From: the human T2T-CHM13v2.0 reference genome, Homo sapiens
NCBI RefSeq assembly: GCF_009914755.1
Contig: NC_060946.1
DNA: 64,000 nt
Direction: 5' to 3' (one strand)
Shown: positions 22,071-36,100 of the stretch, in pieces
Numbering within the stretch: position 1 is the first letter of the stretch
Layout of the letters: each line of letters starts with the position of its first letter
Program-made: the position numbers and the translations under genes
The notes under the pieces: generated by a model
Told to the model about the DNA's origin: nothing
Database searches by the model: none
Seen by the model: only the letters and a program-made list of their open reading frames with translations

Positions 22071-25000
22071 TTTGTGATGCGTTAGTTCATCTCACAGAGT
22101 TGAACATTTCTTTTGATTGAGCAGTTTGGAAATACTCTTATTGTAGAATCTGCAAGTAGAACATTGGAGGGCTGTGTGGCCTATGTTAGAAAAGGAAATA
22201 TCTTCAAAGAAAATCTAGACAGAAGAAATCTGAGAAACTACTTTATGATGTGTGCATTCACCTCACAGATTTAAACGTTTCTTTTGATTAAACAGTCTAT
22301 AAAATCTCTTTTTGTAGAATCTGCAAGTGAACATTTGGAGTGCTTTGAGGCCTATGGTGGGGAAGGAAATATCTTCACATAAAAACTAGACAGAAGAATT
22401 ATGAGAAACTTCTTTGTGATGCCTGAGTTCATCTCACCGAGTTGAAACTTTCTTTTGATTGAGCATTTTGGCAACAATCTTTTGCAGAATCTGCAAGTGG
22501 ACATTTGGAGCGTTTTGCGGCCAAAGTTACAAAAGGAAATATCTTCACATAAAATCTAGAGAGAAGCAATCTGAGGAACTTCTTTGTGATGTGTGCATTC
22601 ATCCCACAGAGTTAAAACTTTCTTTTGATTGAGGAGTTTTGAAACTCTCTTTTTGTAGAATCTGCCAGTAGACATTTTGAGGGTTTTTAGGCCTATAGTG
22701 GGAAAGGAATTATCTTCACATTAAAACTAGACAGAAGAATTCTGAGAAACTGGTTTGTGATGTGTCCATTCATCTCACAGAGTTGAAACTTTCTTTTTAT
22801 TGAGCAGTTTGTAAACATTCTTTTTGTAGAATCTGCAAGTGGACATTTGGAGCGCTTTGCACCCTATAATAGAAAAAGAAATATCTTCAAATAAAATCAA
22901 GACAGAAGCAAACTGAGAAACTTCTTTGTGATGTGTGCATTCATCTCACAGAGTTAAAACTTTCTTTTGATTGAGCAGTTTTGAAACTCTCTTTTTGTAG
23001 AATCTGCAAGTTGACATTTGGAGCGCTCTGAGGCCTATGGTGGAAAAGGAAATATCTTCACATAAAACCTAGAAAGAAGAATTCTGAGAAACTTCTTTGT
23101 GATGTGTGCGTTCATCTCACAGAGTTGAACCTTTCTTTCTATTGAGCAGTATGGAAACACTCTTTTTGCAGAATCTGCAAGTGGACATTTGGAGCGCTTT
23201 TTTTCCTATGGCAGAAAAGGAAATATCTTCACATAAAATCCAGACAGAAATAATCTGAGAAACTTTTTTGTGAAGTGCACATTCATCTCAAAGAGTTAAA
23301 CCTTTCCTTTGATTGAGGAGTTTCAAAAGTCTCCTTTTGTAGAATCTGCTAGTGGACATTTGGAGCACTTTGATGCCTATGGTGGAAAGGGAAATATCTT
23401 CACATAAAAACTAGGTAGAAGTATTCTGAGAAACTTCTTTGTGAGGTGTGCATTCATCTCACAGAGTTGAACATTTCTTTTTATTGAGCAGTTTGGAAAC
23501 ACTCCTTTTGTCATATCTGCAAGTGGACATTTGGAGCGCTTTGCGGCCTATCGTTGAAAAGGAAATATCTTCACAAAAAATCTAGACAGAAGCAATCTGA
23601 GAAACTTCTTTGTGATGTATGCATTCATCTCACAAAGTTAAAACTTTCTTTTGAATGAGCAGTTTTGAAACTCTCTTTTTGTAGAATCTCCTAGTGGGCA
23701 TTTGGAGTGCTTTGAGGCCTATGGTGGAAAATGAAATAGCTTCACATAAAAACTAGACAGAATAATTCTTAGAAACTTCTTTGTGATGTGTGCATTCATC
23801 TCACAGAGTGAAACCTTTCTATTGATTGAGCAGTATGGAAACATTCTTTTTGTAAAATCTGCAACTGGACATTTGGAGCGCTTCACAGTTTATGGTAGAA
23901 AAGGAAATATCTTCATATACAATCTAGACAGAAGAAATCTGGGAAACTTCTTTGTGATGTGTGCATTCACCTCACAGAGTTAAATGTTTCTTTTGATAGA
24001 GCAGTTTCGAAACTCTGTTTTTGTAGAATCTGCAAGGGGACATTTGCAGCGCCTTGAGGCCTACAGTGGAAAAGGAAATATCTTCACATAAAAACTAGAC
24101 GGAAAAATTCTGGGAAACTTCTTTGTGATGTGTGCATTCATCTTGCAGAGTTGAAAGTTTCTTTTGATTTAGCAGTTCGGAAACACTATTTTTTCAGTAT
24201 CTGCAAGTGGACATTTGCAGCGATTTGCTGCTGATGGTACAAAAGGAAAGAACTTCACTTAAAATCTAGAAAGAAGCAATCTGAGGAACTTCTTTGTGAT
24301 GTGTGCATTCATCTCACAGAATTAAACATTTCTTTGATTGAGCACTTTTGAAACTCTCTTTTTGTAGCGTCTGCAAATCGACATTTTGAACGCTTTGTGT
24401 CTTATGGTGGAAAAGGAAATAGCTTCCAAGAAACTACACGGAAGAATTCTGAGGAACCTCTTTGTGACGTGTCCATTCTTCTCACAAAGTTGAAAATTTC
24501 TTTTGATTGAGTAGTTTGGAAATACTCTTTTTGTAGCATCTGCAAGTGAACATTTGGAGCACTTTGTGGCCTATGGTATAAAAGGAAATATCTTCACATA
24601 AAATCTAGACAGAAGCAATCTGAGAAACTTCTTTGTGATGTGTCCATTCATCTCACTGTGTTAAACCTTTCCTTTGATTGAAGAGTTTTGAAACCCTCTT
24701 TTTGTAGCATTATCTTCAAGTGGACATTTGGAGCGCTTTGCAGCCTATGTCAGAAAAGGAAATAACTTCACATAAAATCTAGACAGAAGCAATCTGAGAA
24801 ACTTCTTTGTGAGGTCTGAATTCATCTCACAGAGTTAAACCTTTCTTTTGATTGAGTTGTTTTGAAACTCTCTTTTTGTAGTATCTTCACGTGGACATTT
24901 GGAGTGCTTAAATGCCTGTGGTGGAAAAGGAAATATCTTCATGTAAAAACTAGACAGAAGAATTCTGAGAAACTTCTTTGTGATAGGTGTGTTCATCTCA

Positions 25001-27165
25001 CAGAGTTGAATCTTTCTTTTCATTGAGCCGTTTGGAAACACTCTTTTTGTAGAACCTGCAAGTGAATATTCAGAGCGCTTTGGGGCCTATAGTAAAAAAG
25101 GAAATATCTTCACATAAAATCTAGACAGAAGCAATCTGAGAAACTTATTTGTGAAATGTGCATTCATCTCACAGAGTTAAATCTTTCTTTTGATTGAGGA
25201 GTTTGGAAACTCTCTTTTTGTAGAATCTGCAAGTGGACATTTGGAGTGCTTTGTGGCCTAAGGTAGAAAAGGAAATATCTTCACATAAAATCTAGACAGA
25301 AGCAATCGTAGAAACAGCTTTGTGATGTGTGCATTCATCTTACAGAGTTAAACCTTAATTTTGATCGAGCAGTTTTGAAACTCTCTTTTTGTAGAATCTG
25401 CAAGTGGACATTTGGAGCGCTTTGTGGTTTATGGTAGAAAAGGAGACATCTTCAGATAAAATCTAGATAGAAGCAAACTGAGAAACTTCTTTGTTATGTG
25501 TGCATTCACCTCACGCAGTTAAAACTTTCTTTTGATTGAGCAGTTCTGAAACTCTCTTTTTGTAGAATCTGCAAATGGCCATCTGGAGCACTTTGAGGAC
25601 TATGGTGGAAATGGAAATATCTTCACATAAAAACTTGACAGAAGAATTCTGAGAAACTTCTTTGTTATGAATGCATTCATCTCTCAGAGTTGAAACTTTC
25701 TTTTGATTAACCAGTTTGGAAAGATTCTTTTTGTAGATTCTGCAAGTGGCATTTGGATTTCTTTGCCCCCTAATGTAGAAAAGGAAATATCTTCACATAA
25801 AATCTAGTCATAAGTAATCTGAGAAATTTCTTTGTGATGTGTGCATTCATCTCACAGAGTTAAACCTTTCTTTTGATGGAACAGTTTTGAAACTCTATTT
25901 TTATAGAATCTGCAAGTGGACATTTGGAGCACTTTCAGGCCAATGGTGGAAAAAGAAATATCTCTCATAAAAACTAGACAGAAGAACTCTTAGAAACTTC
26001 TCTCTGATGTGTGCATTCATCCCACAGAGTTCAACGTTTCTTTTGATTGAACAGTTTGGAAACACTCTTTTTGTAAAATCTGCAACTGGACATTTGGAGC
26101 GCTTCGCGGTTTATGGTAGAAAAGGAAATATGTTCATATAAAATCTAGACAGAAGAAATCTGGGAAACTTCTTTGTGATGTGTGCATTCATCTCACAGAG
26201 TTAAACGTTTCTTTTGATAGAGCAGTTTCAAAACTCTGTTTTTGTAGAATCTGCAAGTGGACACTTGCAACTCCTTGAGGCGTATAGTGGAAAAGGAAAT
26301 ATCTTCACATAAAAACTAGACAGAAGAATTCTGGGAAACTTCTTTGTGATGTGTGCATTCATCTCACAAAGTTGAAACTTTCTTTTGATTTAGCAGTTTG
26401 GAAGCACTATTTTTGCAGTGTCTACAAGTGGGCATTTGCAGCGCTTTGCTGCCTAAGGTAGAAAAGGAAATATCTTCACTTAAAATCTAGAAAGAAGCAA
26501 TCTGAGAAACTTCTTTGTGATGTGTGCATTCATCTCACAGAGTTGAACATTTCTTTTGATTGAGCAGTTAGGAAACACTCTTTTTGTAGAATCTGCAAGT
26601 GGAGATTTGGAGCACTTAGCAGCCTATGGTAGGAAAGGAAATATCTTCACGTAAAATCTAGACAGAAGCAATCTGAGAAACTTCTTTGTGACGTGTGCAT
26701 TCATCTCACAGTGTTAAACCTTAGTTGTCATTGAGTAGTTTTGAAACTCTCTTTTTGTAGAATCTGCAAATTGACATTTGGAGGGCTTTGAGGGCTATGT
26801 TGGAAAAGGAAATATCTTCACATAAAAACTAGACAGAAGAATTCTGACAAACTTTTTTGTGATGTGTACATTCATCTCCCAGAGTTGAACCTTTATATTG
26901 ATTGAGCAGTTTGGAAAAACTCTTTTTGTAGAATCTGCAAGTGGATATTTGGAGCGCTTTGTGGCCTATGGTAGAAAAGGAAATATCTTCACATAAAATC
27001 GAGAAAGAAACAATCTGAGAAACTTATTTGCAATGTGTACATTCATCTCACAGAGTTGAAGCTTTCTTTTGATTGAGCAGTTTGGAAACACTCTTTTTGT
27101 AAAATCTGCAGGTGGACATTTGGAACGCTTTGTGGCCTATGATAGAAAAGGAAATATCTTCGTAT
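22071..27165 (+). repeat. Alpha satellite, diverged, with dimer-like alternation; forward orientation
   Basis: ~171-bp periodicity. Alternating aaaatctagacagaagcaatctgag and aaaaactagacagaagaattctgag monomers. pJalpha-type ctatggtggaaaagga sites; no CENP-B box seen. Confidence 0.95.
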
Positions 27166-28685
27166 CACAAAGAGAGAGTTTTAAAACTGCTCAAACTAAA
27201 GAAAGGATCAACTCTCTGTGATGAACGCACACATCAGAAAGACGTTTCTCAGAATTCTTCTGTCTAGTTTTTATGTGAAGATATTTCCTTTTCCACTGCA
27301 GGCCTCAAACCGCTCCAAATATCCTCTTGCAGATTCTACAAAAAGACAGTTTCAAAACTGCTCACTCAAAAGAAAGTTTTAACTCTGTAAGATGAATGCA
27401 CACATCACAAAGTAGTTTCTCAGATTGCTTCTGTCTATAATTTATGTGAAGACGTTTCCTTTTCTACCATAGGCCCCAAAGCGCTCCAAATGTCCATTTG
27501 CAGATTCTACAAAAAGAGTGTCTCCAAATTGCTCAATCAAAAGTAATGTTCAACTCTGTGAGAAGAAGGTCCGCATCACAAAGAAGTTTCTCAGAATTCT
27601 TCTGTCTACATTTTATGTGAGGATATTTCCTTTTCCACAGCAAGCCTCAAAGTGCTCCAAATGTCCACTTGCAAATTCTACAAAAAGAGAGTTTCCAACC
27701 TGCTCCATCAAAAGAAAACTTCAGCTCTGTGAGATGAATGCACACATCACAAAGGAGTTTCTCAGATTGCTTCTGTCTAGACATTATGTGAAGATATTTC
27801 CTTTTCCAACATAGGACTCAAAGTGGTCCAAATGTCCACTTGTAGATGCTACAAAAGAGAGTTTCAAAACTGCTATATCAAAAGAAAAGTTTAACTCCAT
27901 GAGATGAATACACATATCTCAAAGAAGTTTCTCAGATTGCTTCTGTCTAGATTTTATGTGAAGATATTTCCTTTTCTACCATAGTCCGCAAAACTCTCCA
28001 AATGTCCACTGGCAGATTCTACAAAAAGAGTGTTTCCAAACTGCTCAATTGAAAGAAAGGTTCAACTATGTGAAATGAATGCACACATCACAAAGTTGTT
28101 TCTCAGAATTCTTCTGTCTAGTTTTTATGTTAAGATATTTCCTTTTCCACCACACGCCTCAAAGTGCTCCAAATATCCACTTGCGGATTCTACAAAAACA
28201 GATTTTCAAAACTCCTCAATCAAAAGAAAAGTTTATTTCTGTGAGACGAATGTCCACATCACAAAGAAGTTTCTCAGATTGCTTCTGTCTTCTTTTTATG
28301 TGAAGATATTTCCTTTTCCACAGAAGGCCTTAAAACGTTCCAAATATCCATTTGCAGATTCTACAAAAAGACAGTTTCAAAACGGTTCACTCAAAAGAAA
28401 GTTTTAACTCTGTGAGAGGAATGCACACATCACAAACTAGTTTCTCAGATTGCTTCTGTCTACAATTTATGTGAAGATGTTTCCTTTTCTATCATAGGCC
28501 CCAAAGCACTCTAAATGTCCACTTGCAGATTCTACAAAAAGAAAGTTTCAAAACTGCTCAATCAAAAGAAAGGTTAACTCTGTGAGATGAATGCACACAT
28601 CACTCAGAAGTTTCTCACATTGCATCTGTCTAGATTTTATGTGAGGGTATTTCATTTTCTACCACAGGCCACAAAGCTCTCCAAT
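27166..28685 (-). repeat. Alpha satellite, same family as the preceding block, inverted
   Basis: Reverse-complement motifs cagattgcttctgtctag, cagaattcttctgtctag and aaatgtccac. Confidence 0.92.
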
Positions 28686-31600
28686 GCTACAAAAAGAGTT
28701 TCAAAACCGCTCTATCAAAAGATAGGTTCAAATCTGTGAGTTGAATGCACACATAACAACGAAGTTTGCTGGAATACTTCTGTGTAGTTTTATCTGAAGA
28801 TATTTCCTTTTCCAAAATTGACCTCAAAGCCCTTGAAATATCCACTTCCAGATTCTACACAATAGTGTTTCAAAACTACTCAGTCAATAGAAAGTTTCAA
28901 CTCTTTGTGATGAATGCACTCATCACAAAGAATTTCCCCAGAATGGTTCTGTGTAGTTTTTTTTTTTTTTTGAAGATATTTCCTTTTCCACTATAGGGTG
29001 CAAAAGGATCCAAATATCCACTTGCAGATTCTACAGAAAGAGAGAGTCAAAACTGCTGAATCAAAAGACAGGTTCAACTCTGTGAGTTGAATGCACACAT
29101 AACAAGAAATTTCATAGAATGCTTCTGTGTAGTACTTATGTGAAGATATTCCCTTTTCCACAACAGGCCTCAAAGCTCTCCAAATATCCACTTGCAGATT
29201 CTACAAAAAGAGTGTTTCAAAACTGCTCAATCATAATATAGGTTCAACCCTGTGAGATGAATGCACATATCAAAAAGAAGTTTCTCAGAATGCTTCTGTG
29301 TACTTTTAATTTGAAGATATTTCCTTTTCCACCATAGACCACAAAGGGCTCCATATATCCACTTGCAGATTCTACAAATAGAGAGATTCAATACTGCTCA
29401 ATGAAAAGATAGGTTCAACACTATGAGTTTAAAGCACACATCACAAAGAAGTCTCTCAGAATGCTTCTGTGTAGTTTTTATGTGAAGATATTTCCTTTTC
29501 CTCAATTGGCCACAAAGCTCTCAAAATATCCAGCTACATATTCTGCAAAAAGAGAGATTCAAAACTGCTCAATCATTAGATAGGTTACATTCTGTGATTT
29601 GAATGCACAAATCATGAAGGAGTTTCTCAGAATGCTTCTGTGTAGTTTTTATGTGAAGATACTTCCTTTTCCACAGTAGGCCTCAAATCGCTCCAAATGT
29701 CCACTTGCAGATCTACAAAAAGAGTTTCAAAACAGCTCAATCAAAAGAAAGTTTCAACTCTGTGAGATGAATGCACACATCACAAAGAAGTTTCTCAGAA
29801 TGCTTCTGTGTACCTTTTATCTGAAGATATTCGCTTTTCCACAGTAGGCCTCAAAGGGCTCCAAATATCCACTTGCAGATTCTAGAAAAAGAGTGTTTCA
29901 AAACTGCTAAATCATAAGATAGTTTCACCCCTGTAAAATGAATGCACATATCACAAAGAAGTCTCTCTGAATGCTTCTGCGTACTTTTTATTTGAAGATA
30001 TTTCCTTTTTGACCATAGGCTGCAAATGGCTCCAAGTATCCACGTGCAGATACTGTAAAAAGAGAGATTCAAAACTGCTTAATCAAAAGGTAGGTTCAAC
30101 TCTGTGAGTTGAATGCACACATCACAAAGGAGTTTCTCAGAATACTTCTGTGCAGTTTATATGTGAAGATTTTTTTCCACAGTAGCCCTCAAAGGGCTCC
30201 AAATATCCAATTGCAGATTCTGCACATGGAGAGATTCAAAACTGCTCAATAAAAAGATGGGTTCAACACTGTGAGTTGAAGGCACACCTCACAGAGAAGT
30301 TTCTCAGAATGCTTCTTTGTAGTTTTTATATGAAGATATCTCCTTCTACAAAACAGGCCTCAAAGCCCTCCAAGTATCCACTTCCAGATCCTACGAAAAG
30401 AGTGTTTCAAAACTGCTCTATCCAAAGAAAGGTTCAACTCTGTGTGATGAATGCACTCATCCCAAAGAAGTTTCTCTGAATGCTTCTGCGTAGTTTTATT
30501 TGAAGATATTTCCTTTTCCACAATAGGGCGCAAAGGGCTCCAAATATCCACTTGCAGATTCTACAAAAAGAGAGATTCTAAACTGCTCAATCAATAGATA
30601 GGTACAAATCTGTGAGTTAAATGCACAGAATACAAAGAAGTTTCTCAGAATGCTTCTGTGTAGTTTTTGCGAGAAGATATTTCCTTTTCCACAATAGGCC
30701 TCAAATTGCTCCAAATATCTGCTTTAAGATTCTACAAAAAGATTGTTTCAAAACTACTCCATCAAAAGAAAGATTTACCTCTGTGGGATGAATGCACACA
30801 TCACAAAGAAGTTTCTCAGAATGCTTCAGTATAGTTTTTATGTGAAGATATTTCCTTTTCCACAATACGCCTCAAATTGCTCCAAATATCTACTTGCAGA
30901 TTCTACAAAGAGTTTTCAAAACAGCTCAATGAAAAGAAAGGTTCAACTCTCTGAGATGAATGCACACATCACAAAGAAGTTTCCTAGAATGCTTCTCTGT
31001 AATTTTTATGAGAAAATATTTCCTTTTCCACAAAAGGCCTCAAAGGGCTCCAAATATCCACTTGCAGATTCTACAAAAAGAGTGTTTCAAAACTGCTCAA
31101 TCATAATATAGGTTCAACCCTGTGAGATGAATGCACATATCAAAAAGAAGTTTCTCAGAATGCTTCTGTGTACTTTTAATTTGAAGATATTTCCTTTTCC
31201 ACCATAGACCACAAAGGGCTCCATATATCCACTTGCAGATTCTACAAATAGAGAGATTCAATACTGCTCAATGAAAAGATAGGTTCAACACTATGAGTTT
31301 AAAGCACACATCACAAAGAAGTCTCTCAGAATGCTTCTGTGTAGTTTTTATGTGAAGATATTTCCTTTTCCTCAATTGGCCACAAAGCTCTCAAAATATC
31401 CAGCTACATATTCTGCAAAAAGAGAGATTCAAAACTGCTCAATCATTAGATAGGTTACATTCTGTGATTTGAATGCACAAATCATGAAGGAGTTTCTCAG
31501 AATGCTTCTGTGTAGTTTTTATGTGAAGATATTTCCTTATCCACCATAAGCCGCAAGGGTCTTCAAATATCCACTTGCAGATTCTGCAAAGGAGAGATTT

Positions 31601-33124
31601 TAAACTGCTTAATGAAAAGATAGGTTCAACTCTGTGAGTTGAATGCACACGTCAAAAAGAAGTTTCTAAGAATGCTTCTGATTAGTTTTTGTGTGAAGAT
31701 ATTTTCTTTTCCACCACAAGCCGCAAAGGGCTCCAAATATCCACTTGCAGATACTGCAAAAAGAGAGATTCCAAACTGCTCAATCTAAAGATAGGTTCAA
31801 CTCTGTGAGTTGAATGCATACATCACAAAGAAGTTTCTCAGAATTCCTCTGAGTATTTTTTATGTGAAGATATTTCCCTTTCCACAGTAGGACTCAAAGC
31901 ACACGAAATATCCACTTGCAGATTCTATAAAAAGAGTGCTTCAAAACTGCTCAATCAAAAGAAAGGTTCAACTCTGTGAGATGAATGCACACATCATAAA
32001 GCAGTTTCTCAGAATGCTTCCGTGTAGTTTTTATCTGAAGATATTGGCTTTTCCACGGTAGGTCTCAAAGCGCTCCAAATATACACTTGAAGATTCTACA
32101 TAAAGAATGATTCAAAACTGCTCCATCATAAGATAGGTTCAACCCTGTGAGATGAATGCACACATCGCAAAGAAGTTTCTCAGAAAGATTCTGTGTAGTT
32201 TTTATGTGAACATATTTGATTTTCCACAGTAGGCCTCACTGCGATCCAAATATCCACTTGCCGATTCTTCAAAAAGAGAGATTCAAACCATCTCAATGAA
32301 AAGAAAGGTTGAACTCTGTGAGTTTAATGCACACATTACGAAGAAGTTACTGAGAATGCTTCTGTACAGTTTTTATTTGAATATATTCCTTTTTCCACCT
32401 TAGGGCGGAAAGGACTCCAGTTATCCACTTGCAGATTCTACAAAAAGAGAGATTCTAAAGTGCTCAATCAAAAGATAGGTTCAAATCTGTGAGTTGAATG
32501 TACACATCATAAAGTAGTTTCACAGAATGCTTCTGAGTAGTTTCTATGTGAAGATATTTCCTTTTCCATGTTAGTCCTCAAAGGTTTCCAATTATCCACT
32601 TGCAGATTCTACAAAAAGAGTGTTCCAAAATTGCTCAATCCAAAGAAAAGTTCAACTCTGTGAGATGAATGCACACATCACAAAGAAGTTTCTCAGAATG
32701 CTTCTGTGTAGTTTTTATATGAAGATATTTCCTTATCCACTGTAGGCCTCAAAGGGCTCCAAATATCCACTTGCAGATTCTACAAAAGAGTGTTTCAAAA
32801 CTGCTCAATCAAAAGAAAGGTTCAACTCTGTGAGATGAATGCACACATCACAAAGAAGTTTCTCAGAATGCTTCTGTGTAGTATTTATGTGAAAATATTC
32901 TCTTTTACATATTAAGCCTCAACGTTCTCCAAACATCCGCTTGCAGATTCTGCAAAAAGAGAGATTCAAAACTGCTCGATCAAAAGATAGGTTCAACTCT
33001 GTGAGTTGAATGCACACATCCAAAGTAGTTTCTCAGAATGCTTCTGAGTAGTTTTTATGTGAACATATTTCATTTCCCACAGTAGGTCTCACAGTGCTCC
33101 AAATATCCACTTGCAAATTCTGCA
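28686..33124 (-). repeat. Alpha satellite, second monomeric A-type family
   Basis: Motifs switch to gaatgcttctgtgtag, aaatatccac, gagagattcaaaac and gataggttcaactc. Confidence 0.92.
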
Positions 33125-36100
33125 AAAAGAGAAATTCAAAACTGCTAAATCAAAAGATATGTTCAGCCCTGTGAGTTGAATGCACACATCACAAATAAGT
33201 TTCTGAGAATGTTTCTTTGTAGTTCTTATTTGAAGATATTTCCTTTTCTACCATAGCCCTCAAAGGGCTCCAATTATTCACTTGCAGATTCTACAAAAAG
33301 AGTGTTTCAAAACTGCTCAATCAAAAGAAAGTTTCAACACTGTGAGATGAATGCAAACATCAAAAAGAAGTATCTCAGAATGGTTCTATGTAGTTTTTAC
33401 GTGAAGATATTTCCTTTTCCACAATAGGCCTCAAAGGGCTCCAAATATCAACTTACAGTTTCTACAAAAAGAGTGTTTCAAATCTGCTCAATCAAAAGAA
33501 AGTTTCAACTCTGTGAGTTGAATGCACACATCGCAAAAAAGTTTCTCAGAAAGCTTTTGTGTAGCTTTTATCTGAAGTTATTTGCTTTTCCACAGTAGGC
33601 CTCAAAGCGCTCCAAATATCCACTTGCAGATTCTGCAAAAGAGAGATTAAAAACTGCTCAATAATAAGATAGTTTCAACTCTGTGAGTTGAATGCATACA
33701 TCACAAAGAAATTTCTATGAATGCTTCTGTGTAGTTTTTATTTGAAGATATTTCCTTTTCCACCATGGGGCTCAAAGAGCTCCAAATATCTACCTGCAGA
33801 TTTTATAAAAAGAGAGATTCAAAACTGCTCAATGAGAAAATAAGTTAAACTCTGTGGGTTGAGTGCACACCTCACAGAGAAGTTTCTCAGAATGCTTCTG
33901 TGTAGTTTTTATGTGAAGATATTTGCTTTTCCATAATAGGTTTCAAAGCTCTCCAAACATCCACTTGCAGATTCTGCAAAAAGAGAGCTTCTAAACTGCT
34001 CAATCAAAATATAGGTTCAACTCTGTGAGTTGAATGCACACATCAGAAAGAAGTTTATCAGAATGCTTCTGTGTAGTTTTTATTTGAAGATATTTCCTTT
34101 TCCACAATAGTCCTCAAAGGGCTCCAATTATCCACTAGCAGATTGTACAAAAAGAGTGTTTCAAAACTGCTCCATCAAAAGAAAGTTTCAACTCTATGAC
34201 ATGAATGCACGCACCACAAAGAACTTTCCCAGAATATTTATGTGTAGTTTTTATGTGAAGACATTTCCTTTTCCACAATAGGCCACAAAGCTTTGCAAAC
34301 ATACACTTGCAGATTCTGCAAAAAGAAAGATTCAAAAATCCTCAATCAAAAGATAGGTTCAACTCTTGTGAGTTGAATGCACACATTGCAAAGAAGTTTC
34401 TCAGAATACTTCTATGTAGTTTTCATGGGAAGATATTTCCTTTTCCACAACAGGCCTCAAAGGGCTCCAAATATCCACTTGCAGATTCTACAAAAAGAGT
34501 GTTTCAAAACTGCTCCATCAAGAGAAAGTTTTAACTCTGTGAGATGAATGCAAACATCACAAAGATGTTTCTCTGAATGCTTCTGTGTAGTTTTAATCTG
34601 AAGATAATTGCTTTTCCACGGTAGGCCTTAAGGCCCTCAAAATATCCAGTTGCAGATTCTGCAAAAAGAGAGATTCAAAACTGCTCATTCTTAAGATAGG
34701 TTCAAGTCTGTGAGTTGAATGCATACATCACAAAGAAGTTTATCAGAATGCTCCTGAATAGTTTTTATGTGAAGATATTTACTTTTCCACAATAGCCCTC
34801 AAAGGGCTCCAAATATCCAGTTGCAGATTCTACAAAAAGAGTGTTTCAAAACTGCTCAATCATAAGATAGTTTCAACCCTGTGAGATGAATGCACACATC
34901 ACAAAGAAGTTTCTCAGTATGTTTCTGTTTAGTTTTTATTTGAAAATATTTCTTTTTCCACCAAAGGCCGCAAATGGCTCCAAATATCTACTTGCAGTTT
35001 CTGCCAAAAGAGAGATTCAAATCTGCTCAATCAAAAGATAGGTTCAACTCTGTGAGTTGAATGCACACATCCCAAAGAAGTTTCTCAGAATGCTTCTGTG
35101 TAGTTTTTATATGAAGATATTTGCTTTTCCTCAGTATGCCTCAAAGGGCAGCAAATATCCACTTGCAGATTCTACAAATAGAGAGATTCAAAACTGCTCA
35201 ATGAGAAGAAAAGTTTAACTCTGTGGGTTGAATGGACTCCTCATAAAGAAGTTTCTCAGAATGCTTCTGTGTAGTTTTTATGTGAAGATATTTCCTTTTC
35301 CACAATATTCCTCAAAGGGCTCCAAATATCCAGTTGCAGATTCTACAAAAAGAGTGTTTCAAAACTGCTCAATCAAAGGAAAGTTTCAACTCTGTGAGAC
35401 GAATGCACACATCACTAAGAAGTTTCTCAGAATGCTTCTGTTTAGTTTTTGTTTGTAGGTATATGCTTTTCCACGGTAGGCCTCAATTCCCTCTAAATAT
35501 CCACTTGCAGACTCTACAAAAACAGTGTTTCAAAACTGCTCAATAAAACGGTAGGTTCAAACCTGTGAGATAAATGCACATATCACAAAGAAGTTTCTCA
35601 GAATTCTTCTGTGTAATTTTTATCTGAAGATATTTCCTTTTCCACCATAGGACACAATGGGCTCCAAATATCCACTTGTACATTCTACAAAAAGAGAGAC
35701 GCAAAACTGCTCAAAGAGGACATATGTTCAACTCTGTGAGTTGAATGCACACGACACAAAGAAGTTTCTCAGAATGGTTCTGTGTAGTTTTTATGTGAAA
35801 ATATTTCCCTTTCCACAATATGCCTGAAAGCTCTCCAAACATCCCCTTGCAGATTCTGCCAAAAGAGAAATTCAAAACTGCTAAATCAAAAGATATGTTC
35901 AGCCCTGTGAGTTGAATGCACACATCACAAATAAGTTTCTGAGAATGTTTCTTTGTAGTTCTTATTTGAAGATATTTCCTTTTCTACCATAGCCCTCAAA
36001 GGGCTCCAATTATTCACTTGCAGATTCTACAAAAAGAGTGTTTCAAAACTGCTCAATCAAAAGAAAGTTTCAACACTGTGAGATGAATGCAAACATCAAA

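Noticed and set aside
28957-28971. T15 run inside an alpha monomer as a retro-insertion tail
   Set aside because: It is an expansion of the native gtagttttt tract, with no element body or TSD.
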